From Cytophagales bacterium (GTDB lineage Bacteria; Bacteroidota; Bacteroidia; Cytophagales; JAAEPT01), in NCBI GenBank assembly GCA_043770215.1, contig JAYVIQ010000045.1, positions 1 to 58,976 of the forward strand: DNA of 58,976 nucleotides. Direction: 5' to 3'. Both the position numbers and the translations under genes were made by a program. Positions 47,070-55,579 of this stretch are shown in pieces. Each line of letters starts with the position of its first letter. The first letter of the stretch is position 1. Below the pieces are notes generated by a model. That model ran no database searches and had not been told where the DNA came from. It worked only from the letters and a program-made list of their open reading frames with translations.

Positions 47070-48931
47070 GAATAACAAAAAAAATATTATTTACAGCACT
47101 TTTTTTCTTTGTTTTTGCGCCTAAACAATTTGGCCAGTTGATAGAGAAAGACTACTACATGTTTCCTATAAATCCTGGTAAGCAAGGTTATTTAGCAGGG
47201 AATATGGGTGAACTAAGAAGCAACCATTTCCATGCAGGACTAGATATAAAAACAGGTGGAGTAGAGGGTTTGCCCATATATTGCTCTGCAGATGGGTTTA
47301 TCAGTAGAATTAAAGTATCTGCCTTTGGGTATGGCTTAGCTTTATATGTACAACACCCAAATGGGCAAACAACTGTATATGGTCATTTGCAAAGTTTTAA
47401 AACAGATGTACAGCTTAGAGTCATAAAAGAACAATACCAAATAGAAAGTTACGAAATAGATGTTTACCCAACTAAATCTGAGTTTGTAGTAAAAAAAGGG
47501 GAGATTCTTGGACTCTCTGGCAACTCTGGAGGCTCTGGTGGTCCGCATTTGCATTGGGAAGTAAGAGATGTCTACTCAAGGGTATTAAATCCTTTAAAGG
47601 CTGGGTTCTCAGAAATTAAAGATAATATAGATCCAGTAATTTATAAAGTAGGATTTACCACCCTAAGTACAGATGCGCATATAAAAAATGAATTTGGTTT
47701 CTTTTCACTTACTCCAACAAAAGTAGCTTCTAACAGCTATTCTTTGTCAGAAATAAATGCCCATGGAGAAATAGGGATTTCTTTAAATGCCAATGATAAA
47801 CTAAACGGAACAGCAAACAACAATGGAGTTTCTGGAATAGAAATGTATGTAAATGGAAAATTGACTTACCAGTACCTAAATGATAAATTTACTTTTGCTT
47901 CTTCTAAAATGATAAACCAACATATAGAATTTGATAGATATCAAGACGGGTATGGTCATTTTCATAGGTGTTATGTGGCAGATGGCAATAGCTTAGATTT
48001 TTATAAAACAGACGAAAATGCCGGTGTTTTAAAAATAAAAGATTCGGCAAAATACTTGGTAAAATTTGTAATAACAGATGCTTACAATAATAGTAGTACA
48101 CTAGAATTTACAATAAATGGCAAACGTATAAATCCCACCTTTGTCCAACTTGTTTCAGTCAAAAAAGAAGTCAAAACTAAACTTTTTGAAAATATATTGC
48201 GTGTTTCTGTGCCAAATAATGGGAAAGAACTTTTGTATTTTAGAAATGGGAAATCATTTGCAAAAATGCCATTTTATACTAAAAATGATCAATCTTTTTA
48301 CACATTTGATTTAAGGAAAGAGTGTCCAGATTCGTTGCAAAGAGGGGCTATAAAGCACGTGTTTTATTTTGCTCACACAATTTTACCAAACAAAGAATTT
48401 ACTTCTTACAACAAAAATGGAATCATAAGATTTGGGAAAGGAGACATTAAAGATACCTTGTACCTAGAGTACAAAGAAAAAAATGATGTTTGGACCATAG
48501 GAAATGAGTATACTCCTATATATCAAAATATAAAATACATTTTAAAGCCTCAAAAAAGCTTTGCAAACAAAAGTAAAACAGCAGTTTATCTAAACAATAG
48601 CACCTTTATTGGTGGTACCTGGATAGGGAATAATATAGAGTTTAGCACCACAAAAATGGGTGCTTTTACAATAAAAGAAGACGCAATAGCCCCTAAAATA
48701 AATCTTATTTCAGCCAATTCAAAGGCTATAAAAGTAAGTATTGGTGATAACTTGTCTGGGATAAAAAGTTGGAGAGCTACACTTGATGGCAAATACCTGC
48801 TTATGGGGTATAGATACCAAACGGCTACACTTACATCTATAAAACTTGATAATACGCCCCTAAAAGGGTTGTTTAAAATAGAAGTAGAAGATAATGTTGG
48901 AAACAAAAAAGTATTTTCTTTACAACTTTAA
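47066..48931 (+). CDS. M23 family metallopeptidase with a long C-terminal extension
   Basis: It has a signal peptide. HFHAGLDI and GGPHLHWEV are the HxxxD and HxH zinc motifs. Its ATG overlaps the upstream stop (ATGA). Confidence 0.85.
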   Translation: MRITKKILFTALFFFVFAPKQFGQLIEKDYYMFPINPGKQGYLAGNMGELRSNHFHAGLDIKTGGVEGLPIYCSADGFISRIKVSAFGYGLALYVQHPNGQTTVYGHLQSFKTDVQLRVIKEQYQIESYEIDVYPTKSEFVVKKGEILGLSGNSGGSGGPHLHWEVRDVYSRVLNPLKAGFSEIKDNIDPVIYKVGFTTLSTDAHIKNEFGFFSLTPTKVASNSYSLSEINAHGEIGISLNANDKLNGTANNNGVSGIEMYVNGKLTYQYLNDKFTFASSKMINQHIEFDRYQDGYGHFHRCYVADGNSLDFYKTDENAGVLKIKDSAKYLVKFVITDAYNNSSTLEFTINGKRINPTFVQLVSVKKEVKTKLFENILRVSVPNNGKELLYFRNGKSFAKMPFYTKNDQSFYTFDLRKECPDSLQRGAIKHVFYFAHTILPNKEFTSYNKNGIIRFGKGDIKDTLYLEYKEKNDVWTIGNEYTPIYQNIKYILKPQKSFANKSKTAVYLNNSTFIGGTWIGNNIEFSTTKMGAFTIKEDAIAPKINLISANSKAIKVSIGDNLSGIKSWRATLDGKYLLMGYRYQTATLTSIKLDNTPLKGLFKIEVEDNVGNKKVFSLQL

Positions 48932-49012
48932 GTATAGAGATTGTTTTAGATTTTACTTAAAATCATAATCATTGTATGATGTACAAAAGACTATGATTTC
49001 TATTTTAGGGAT

Positions 49013-49894
49013 TTAATCAAATAAATCTGAACTTAAATAGCGGTCTCCTCTATCACAAATAATACAAACCACTACACCAGATTCTAGGTTTTCTATTAAT
49101 TTCATAGCTACAGCTACAGAGCCTCCAGCACTCATTCCACAGAAAACAGCTTCTTCTTTGGCAAGTCTTTTGGTCATTATACGTGCTTCTTGCTCAGTTA
49201 CTTGTATAATTTGGTCTACTCTTTTTTTATCAAAAATGGTGGGTAAGTATTCTTCTGGCCATTTTCTTATTCCAGGTATTTTAGAACCAGCACTAGGTTC
49301 TGCTCCTACAATTTGTATGTCATGATTTTGTTCTTTTAAGAACCTAGATACCCCCATTATGGTTCCTGTAGTACCCATGGCAGACACAAAATGTGTAATT
49401 TGTTGGTTGGTATCTTTCCATATTTCTGGACCAGTAGTTGCATAATGCGCACCGGAGTTGTCTGGATTTCCAAATTGGTTAAGCATTAGATAACCACCAT
49501 TGGCTACTTTATTTTCTGCATAATCTCTTGCTGCTTCCATAGAGCCAGAGGATGGTGTTAAAATTACTTTAGCACCAAAAGCCTCCATAGTCTTTACACG
49601 TTCTATGGTAGAATTTTCTGGCATAACTAGTTCTATTTCTATACCAAACAAACAAGCAATCATGGCTAGGGCAATTCCGGTATTTCCGCTTGTAGCTTCT
49701 ATTAGTTTTATGTCTTTGTGAAGTTCACCTCTGTCTAGTGCTCCTTTTATCATGCCGTAGGCAGCTCTGTCTTTTACACTACCGCCGGGGTTATTGCCTT
49801 CTAATTTCCCATATAATTGTATGTTTGGATTTGGGCAGATGTTGTTTAACTCTACCAATGGCGTATTGCCTATAAGGCTTAATAAGGTAGGCAT
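49013..49894 (-). CDS. cysM: Cysteine synthase B type (PLP-dependent)
   Basis: It is collinear with E. coli CysM: IGNTPLVEL...KLEGNNPGGSVKDRAA...EATSGNTGIALA...GTTGTIMGVSRF...IPGIRKWP...ICDRGDRYLS. Confidence 0.85.
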   Translation of the reverse strand: MPTLLSLIGNTPLVELNNICPNPNIQLYGKLEGNNPGGSVKDRAAYGMIKGALDRGELHKDIKLIEATSGNTGIALAMIACLFGIEIELVMPENSTIERVKTMEAFGAKVILTPSSGSMEAARDYAENKVANGGYLMLNQFGNPDNSGAHYATTGPEIWKDTNQQITHFVSAMGTTGTIMGVSRFLKEQNHDIQIVGAEPSAGSKIPGIRKWPEEYLPTIFDKKRVDQIIQVTEQEARIMTKRLAKEEAVFCGMSAGGSVAVAMKLIENLESGVVVCIICDRGDRYLSSDLFD

Positions 49895-49897
49895 AAT

Positions 49898-50710
49898 CTA
49901 TATATTTTCGCTTAGTTTTACAATTGTTTCAGATTGATGGTACACTTTAGAATTGGCAGGTACACTTTTGGTTAACCATACATTTCCGCCAATAATACTG
50001 TTTGCACCTATGGTAGTTTCGCCACCTAAAATAGTAGTTCCAGAGTATATGACTACATTATCCTCTATAGTTGGGTGCCTTTTTACTTCTGCTAAATCTT
50101 TAGAAACACTTAAGGCACCTAAAGTAACACCCTGATATATTTTTACGTTTTTTCCAATAATGCTTGTGCCACCTATAACTACTCCAGTGCCATGATCTAT
50201 GTAAAAACTAGGGGCTATTCTTGCTCCTGGGTGTATGTCTATACCAGTTTTAGAATGAGCAAATTCTGTAATTATTCTTGGTATAAGGGGTACTTTAGAA
50301 GTATATAAATTATGGGCAAATCTGTACAAACAAATGGCATAAAATCCTGGGTAAGCACGTATTATCTCGTATTCGTTTACAGCTGCCGGATCTCCTTTTA
50401 GAGCGGCATCTATATCATCTAGTAATTCAATGTAGATGCCTGGCAAAGCATCCAAAAAAAGTTTTACAGTGCTTTTTGGATTGTTTATCCAAGATTCTGG
50501 TATTGCTTCTAAAATCACAAGCAAATCACTGCCAAACGCCTCAAGTGCCTCATTTATCTCTTCCTTGTTTTTAAAAGTTTTTTTTGATTGCTCAGGAAAA
50601 AGAACCAACAAAAGCTGAGTCATGAGTTTACAAATACTAGATGTTGCTGGGAATTTTTTTACCTCTATATGTTTCTGAAAAATACGCTCTAAGAAATCTG
50701 TTTTATTCAT
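49898..50710 (-). CDS. cysE: Serine O-acetyltransferase
   Basis: It has the N-terminal SATase helical domain, [23 protein letters not shown] and hexapeptide repeats. It is adjacent to cysM. Confidence 0.85.
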   Translation of the reverse strand: MNKTDFLERIFQKHIEVKKFPATSSICKLMTQLLLVLFPEQSKKTFKNKEEINEALEAFGSDLLVILEAIPESWINNPKSTVKLFLDALPGIYIELLDDIDAALKGDPAAVNEYEIIRAYPGFYAICLYRFAHNLYTSKVPLIPRIITEFAHSKTGIDIHPGARIAPSFYIDHGTGVVIGGTSIIGKNVKIYQGVTLGALSVSKDLAEVKRHPTIEDNVVIYSGTTILGGETTIGANSIIGGNVWLTKSVPANSKVYHQSETIVKLSENI

Positions 50711-50894
50711 TGTTGTTTGTACTTTTATCTATAACCAAAAGCATCTTACTTTGATTCAGTTATAAAAGTAATAATTTTTAAAAGAAGATGCTTAAATTTA
50801 GATTAGATGTTTTTGAGATTAAATACATCATTGACCCAAATTTTGGTTTCTTTGTGTATAGGTAGCTGTTTTTTTTTAAAATAAATGTTGTGTA

Positions 50895-50911
50895 TTTTTT
50901 TTTTTTTTTTT
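50895..50911. repeat. T17 homopolymer in the promoter region of the CDC-like operon (a T9 tract lies at 50869-50877)
   Basis: I counted this directly: tgtaTTTTTT TTTTTTTTTT Tag. Confidence 0.9.
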
Positions 50912-50913
50912 AG

Positions 50914-50921
50914 TAAATTTG
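50914..50921 (+). promoter_or_regulatory. Candidate Bacteroidota -7 promoter box TAAATTTG (TAnnTTTG consensus)
   Basis: It matches TAnnTTTG exactly and ends 24 nt before ATG 50946. A possible -33 TTG lies at 50888-50890, which puts the T17 tract inside the spacer. Confidence 0.45.
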
Positions 50922-50945
50922 TGAGATAATTAAAACCAACTATTA

Positions 50946-52691
50946 ATGAATAAAAATTTTAGAAAAATTTCAGCTTATGGATTAAGCGCATTATTTGTGT
51001 CTTTACTTGTAATTACAGCATGTAAAAAGAAAACAAAGGACCCAGAACCAGGTAATACACCTCCGGATAATAGTACTGGGCTAAATGAGTTTTTGACTGG
51101 CTTAGTCCCAATATCTACCACTGTACCAATAGATTCACCTACTCTAAATGGTGCACCTTTATCTTCTTGGGACGAGCAGACAGGAAATTATTGTACAACA
51201 AAAAAGTATAAGTTAGGTCCTGTATATAACGAAGGATTTATTTTAACGCCAAATAATGATGTTATTTATCCAGGTGCTATACTAGACGGAAACTCTATTT
51301 ATGATGGTGGGTATAGATTGTTGTCTTTACCAAGGTCTGGTGGTACAATATCTACAGACCATATAGGGGCTGTAAATGTGTCTGACAATGTAACTGAGGT
51401 AAAAAAGTCTACTATCCAGCAAGGTGTGGCTAATATTCTAAACCGGGTAGTATCTGGGAGTGCAGGAGCACAAACTAATTTCGAAATTATAGATGTTGTT
51501 AGTGAAAAACAATTGGATGTTGCATTAGGTTTTTCTCTTGGTATTGCAGAAAAAGCTAAGATAAAAGCGGGTCTCAATTTTTCTAAAGCAGAAAAAAAAT
51601 CAAGGCTTTTGGTGAAATTCCAACAAGTTTATTATACCGTAACTTTTGATGCCAAAGGAAGACCAAGCGATTATTTTCAGCCAACAGTAAATGCTACAGA
51701 TGTTTATAATACATTAAATGGCACAAAAGTATCTCCTGTATATGTGAGCAATGTAAAATATGGTAGAATTGCTTATTATTCTATTTCTAGCGAGTTGTCT
51801 CAGTCTGAACTTAGAGCTAGCTTAAACGTACAGTTAAACAAAGTAAAGTTAAAAGCCGAAGTTGATGCCACTATTACTACTAAATTAGACAATGCCAAAA
51901 CAGAGATTTCTGGTACTATTATAGGTGGCTCAGGATCTGCTGCAGTAGGTTCTATATTGGGCTTAACTCAGTTTTATGATTACATAACACAAGGTGGAGA
52001 GTATACTGCTGCTTCTCCAGGTTTGCCTATTGCCTACACACTGCGTAGATTATCAGACAATGGAGTTTTTGCTGTTCAAAAAACTACTGAATACACCGTA
52101 AGTGAGTGTAAAGATATAGTAGGGAGTTTAAATATAAGTGCAATGAGCCATTATTTTGGAGGTGATGAGGACGAAGTAAGAGGGTCTATCACTATGCAAA
52201 TTGGTTATGATGATGGATCTTTTTCTGGTGGTACAACTACCTTATGGAATTCAACAAATAGATTGTTTTTACCTCAGAATAGTACGGAAGTATCTCTTAC
52301 AAATAACCCCATAATCCCTATTAAATACAATCCAGAAAAGTTTAGTACTGCATTTATACTTATAAATGTAGATTTGTATAATTACGCAGATTGGCAAGAT
52401 CAGGGTGTAGATGCTGTAGATGTAAGTGCAGAAGCAAGAAAAGTAGCAACCTATAAAATTTACCTTAGATCTATTGCAAATACAGAATCACTTACAAACC
52501 CTTGGAGTAGCCCTGCAAACGGAACATTTAGCTTAAAAATAGATTTGCCAGAGGCAGCTACGTATTCTAACCACTGCACAGATAGAAGCAGTACTAAAGC
52601 ATGTAAAAGCTGGGCAAACAAATATTATTATAGACAAGCCTCTGTTGTAGATGCTAAATTTACAATGAACGTACAAAACCCTAAATTTTAA
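50946..52691 (+). CDS. CDC-like (thiol-activated cytolysin family D1-D3) pore-forming lipoprotein with a non-canonical C-terminal domain
   Basis: The lipobox is LVITAC (Cys26). Residues ~85-388 are collinear with perfringolysin O D1-D3: YPGAIL vs [30 protein letters not shown] vs [41 protein letters not shown] vs PLMVSNVAYGRTIYVKL; TIIGGSG vs [22 protein letters not shown] vs PAYPISYTSVFLKDN. No ECTGLAWEWWR-like undecapeptide is present, and residues ~392-581 form an unrelated domain. Confidence 0.8.
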   Translation: [581 protein letters not shown]

Positions 52692-52696
52692 TAAAT

Positions 52697-53401
52697 ATGA
52701 AAAAGAAAGTTTTAATACTTGGTACTTTAGCTTTTACCCTTGTATTTGCTTGCAAACCAGATGATCCTAAACCAGAAGACGAGAAAGTGGAAATTCAAAC
52801 TACACCAGTAAAAAATTATGGCATCATACCTGAAAATAGTGTGAGTTTAGTTTCCTTATCTCACTATAAAGGTAATGTCGAAGACAATATTAAGGGTTTT
52901 ATCACTATGCAAATTGGTTATGATGATGATGTATTTCTTGCTGGATCAAATACATTATGGAACGCTACCCAAAATTTATATTTACCTCATAAAGGAACAG
53001 AAGTAGGATTTACAAATAGTCCATTAATTTCTATATTTTATGATAAAGCAAAGTTTAATAAAGCATTTATACTAGTAACTGTAAATATATATAACTCTAA
53101 TGATTGGCAAGACCAAGGGGTAGATGATGTAGATGTAAGTGCAGAATCAAGAAAAGTAGCAACCTATAAAATTTACCTTAGATCTATTGCAAATACAGAA
53201 TCACTTACCAACCCTTGGAGTAGCCCTGCAAACGGAACATTTAGCTTAAAAATAGATTTGCCAGAGGCAGCTACGTATTCCAATCATTGCACAGACAGAA
53301 ATAAATTTTCTGGTGCATGTAAAAGCTGGGCAAACAAATATTATATTAGACAAGCCTCTACTATAGAAGCTAAATTTGCAATGAACGTACAACGACCTTA
53401 A
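52697..53401 (+). CDS. Lipoprotein made of only the C-terminal domain of the neighbouring CDC-like protein
   Basis: The lipobox is LVFAC, followed by an acidic/Pro linker ([11 protein letters not shown]). Residues ~48-234 align end to end with residues ~395-579 of the upstream protein. The last third or so is nearly identical: [56 protein letters not shown]...[10 protein letters not shown].RQAS. The gap to the upstream gene is 5 nt. Confidence 0.8.
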   Translation: [234 protein letters not shown]

Positions 53402-53413
53402 ATTTTAATAGAT

Positions 53414-54064
53414 ATGAAAAAGAAAATTATATTTCTAGGCACTTTGGCTTTTTTGCTTGCTTTCTCTTGCAAAAAAGATGAGCCTAAACCAGAGGAGAAA
53501 AAAGTGGAAACTCCGCCAGTAAAAAAAGATACCATTATACCCGTAAAATATATACAAGGTATAAGGTTGTATAATCAAGGTAATTCTGCAAGTAGCACTA
53601 CTAATTTTAGATTTTATGATATTACTACTGGCACATATTCTAATGATGTTACTAGCAATATAGATTTAGCTTATGTATATAAAAAATCTTCTACTTCTTT
53701 GCATATACTTGGTAGCTCAAAGTCTAGTTCAGTCAGAGGTTATTTTTTGGGTGTTGGTTCGTCAACAAATCAATCTCAAACAGATTTTTACAAAGTATCT
53801 TATAGTAACGTAGCAATATTTGATACCATTAAAGACTCTAAATCAGTTTCGAAACTTTTTAATAGCTATACACAATTGTCTGAATTAGATGGTGAGATAG
53901 GTAGTGATGGATTTGGCTGGGAAAACGAGCAAATACTCGCTTTTAGACTATCAAACAATGGAAAGCGTGGTTTTATAAAACTAACCTCAGACCCAACTGC
54001 ATTTCTTGAAGGAAGCGTTTTGGTAGGTGGTAGAATGGTTCTAGATATTAAAATGGAGCCTTGA
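53414..54064 (+). CDS. Lipoprotein sharing the signal and linker of the previous gene but carrying a different, unknown domain
   Basis: MKKKIIFLGTLAFLLAFSCKKDEPKPEEKKVETPPVKK parallels [39 protein letters not shown]. The rest (…NFRFYDITTGTY…GWENEQILAFRLSNNGKRGFIKL…) looks beta-rich, possibly HmuY-like, but that call is weak. The upstream gap is 12 nt. Confidence 0.7.
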   Translation: MKKKIIFLGTLAFLLAFSCKKDEPKPEEKKVETPPVKKDTIIPVKYIQGIRLYNQGNSASSTTNFRFYDITTGTYSNDVTSNIDLAYVYKKSSTSLHILGSSKSSSVRGYFLGVGSSTNQSQTDFYKVSYSNVAIFDTIKDSKSVSKLFNSYTQLSELDGEIGSDGFGWENEQILAFRLSNNGKRGFIKLTSDPTAFLEGSVLVGGRMVLDIKMEP

Positions 54065-54081
54065 TACTAGCATAGTTTCTT

Positions 54082-54121
54082 AAAAAAAGCCAGTCAAATA
54101 GTATATAGACTGGCTTTTTTT
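54082..54121. terminator. Bidirectional intrinsic terminator between the CDC-like operon and the Omp85 gene
   Basis: The structure is A7-GCCAGTC-aaatagtatata-GACTGGC-T7, a perfect stem flanked by A and T runs. It lies 18 nt after stop 54064 and 14 nt from the stop of the minus-strand gene. Confidence 0.7.
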
Positions 54122-54134
54122 ATGGGGCTAGAAA

Positions 54135-55559
54135 TTAAATCGCTTTTTCAAAACGCATATTAAAACCAAATTCTTTTAAGCTGTTCAGAGAGTACTCAAA
54201 CCGAATAACGGCATCATAATAACTTACAATATCTAACCCTAAACCTATACAAGAGCCTATTTTATTGGCAAGTGTGCTGTTTATTCTATAATCTTGGTTG
54301 CCAACATAGCCAATGTCTGTAAATAATTTTAGGTATACTGAATAAGGCACAGTTTCGAATTGTTTTACAGGCATCATTTTTTTTAATTTACTTGTAAAGG
54401 TTAAAATGCAATATTTAAGTTCGTTTCTATTTAGTGCAAAGTTTTGTCCATCAATAACATATGGCTGAAAACCTCTCACCAAATTCTCTCCATATCCTAA
54501 TCCGTATTGTAAGTTATACGGTTGGTATACAGGGGTGGAGGTCTTTAGGGTTAGTCTATGTGCTAAAAACAACTTTGGTTTTATTTCTACATATTTAGAA
54601 AAACTGATTCTAACCTCTGTCAATGCCAAAGATTTAAAAATACCTATGCCATTTTGAGTTATGGAGCCATTTATTTTATATCCTTTGGTAGGGTAGTAAT
54701 TTATGTTGGTTTTGTTGAGGTTAAATGAATAGGAAAATCTTAAAAAATTTTGTTTTTTTTCTTTATCTACAAAATAAAAAGAAGTGTTTTTTAGTACCTC
54801 ATTTGATATGGTGTAGGTGTGAAAACTAAGTCCAAAGTTGTGTGTTGCAAAAAATTTTTGGCGGTAATTAAAACTTATTTCAGAGAAAAATCTTTTTCTT
54901 AAAATATTTTCTGAATTTAGGTACATTAGTTTATTGTCTTTTTGGTTGTAAGCAATACTTTTGTTTGTGCTATAAGAAATTCCGTAGTTCATACCCAATG
55001 TTTTATTTTTGTTTATGTAAGGCAATTCATGAAAAATCTCATATTTTTTTGTAAAACCCGCTTGCAAAACTATTTTAAGTTTTTGGTTTCTACCTCTAAA
55101 ATTGTCGTGCTTAAAACGTAGTCCCCATTCTATTCTATTTATGTCACGGTTGCGTTGGTTCCACCATTCATTAAAATTTCTGTCTGCCAACTCAAAGATA
55201 GGGATAGGAAAAATATACCACCGCTCTTTTAATACTATATTTAATCTATAATTTATAGCATCTATAGGCGTTAGAAATAAATTTACCGTAACAAAAAGAT
55301 TGGTGTTGAAGATTTTGTTTTTGTTGATTAAACAAATATTGGCGGTATCTGCCACAGCCACAAAATCATTTTTATTTACATCTAATTCTCTTAAAATAAT
55401 GTTTGCATGCGTCTTTTTGTTTCCGGTTAGCTCTATAGATGTTATTTTTATAGAATCTAACTGAGAAAAACAAAGTTTACAAGCCAGTAAAAGAGATATA
55501 GTTAAGTAGCCTTTGATATCAAATAATTTAAACCTAAAGCTACTGTTTCTTCTTGTCAT
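54135..55559 (-). CDS. Omp85/BamA-family outer-membrane protein with a single POTRA domain
   Basis: IKITSIELTGNKKTHANIILRELDVNKNDFV is POTRA-like. It is followed by a long aromatic/Gly-rich beta-barrel region ending in ...FGFNMRFEKAI. Confidence 0.7.
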   Translation of the reverse strand: MTRRNSSFRFKLFDIKGYLTISLLLACKLCFSQLDSIKITSIELTGNKKTHANIILRELDVNKNDFVAVADTANICLINKNKIFNTNLFVTVNLFLTPIDAINYRLNIVLKERWYIFPIPIFELADRNFNEWWNQRNRDINRIEWGLRFKHDNFRGRNQKLKIVLQAGFTKKYEIFHELPYINKNKTLGMNYGISYSTNKSIAYNQKDNKLMYLNSENILRKRFFSEISFNYRQKFFATHNFGLSFHTYTISNEVLKNTSFYFVDKEKKQNFLRFSYSFNLNKTNINYYPTKGYKINGSITQNGIGIFKSLALTEVRISFSKYVEIKPKLFLAHRLTLKTSTPVYQPYNLQYGLGYGENLVRGFQPYVIDGQNFALNRNELKYCILTFTSKLKKMMPVKQFETVPYSVYLKLFTDIGYVGNQDYRINSTLANKIGSCIGLGLDIVSYYDAVIRFEYSLNSLKEFGFNMRFEKAI

Positions 55560-55579
55560 TTAAGGGTTTATCTCTTTTT

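Noticed and set aside
52416-53280. The near-identical 152-nt pair could be the template and variable repeats of a diversity-generating retroelement.
   Set aside because: No reverse transcriptase gene is nearby. There are only two mismatches, and one of them (G/T) does not involve an adenine. Both copies are coding parts of paralogous domains, so gene conversion fits better.
54135-55559. The Omp85/POTRA protein could be a dedicated secretion or assembly partner of the CDC-like operon.
   Set aside because: It is convergent and separated from the operon by a strong bidirectional terminator. Adjacency alone is not evidence, so I leave it as an open possibility.
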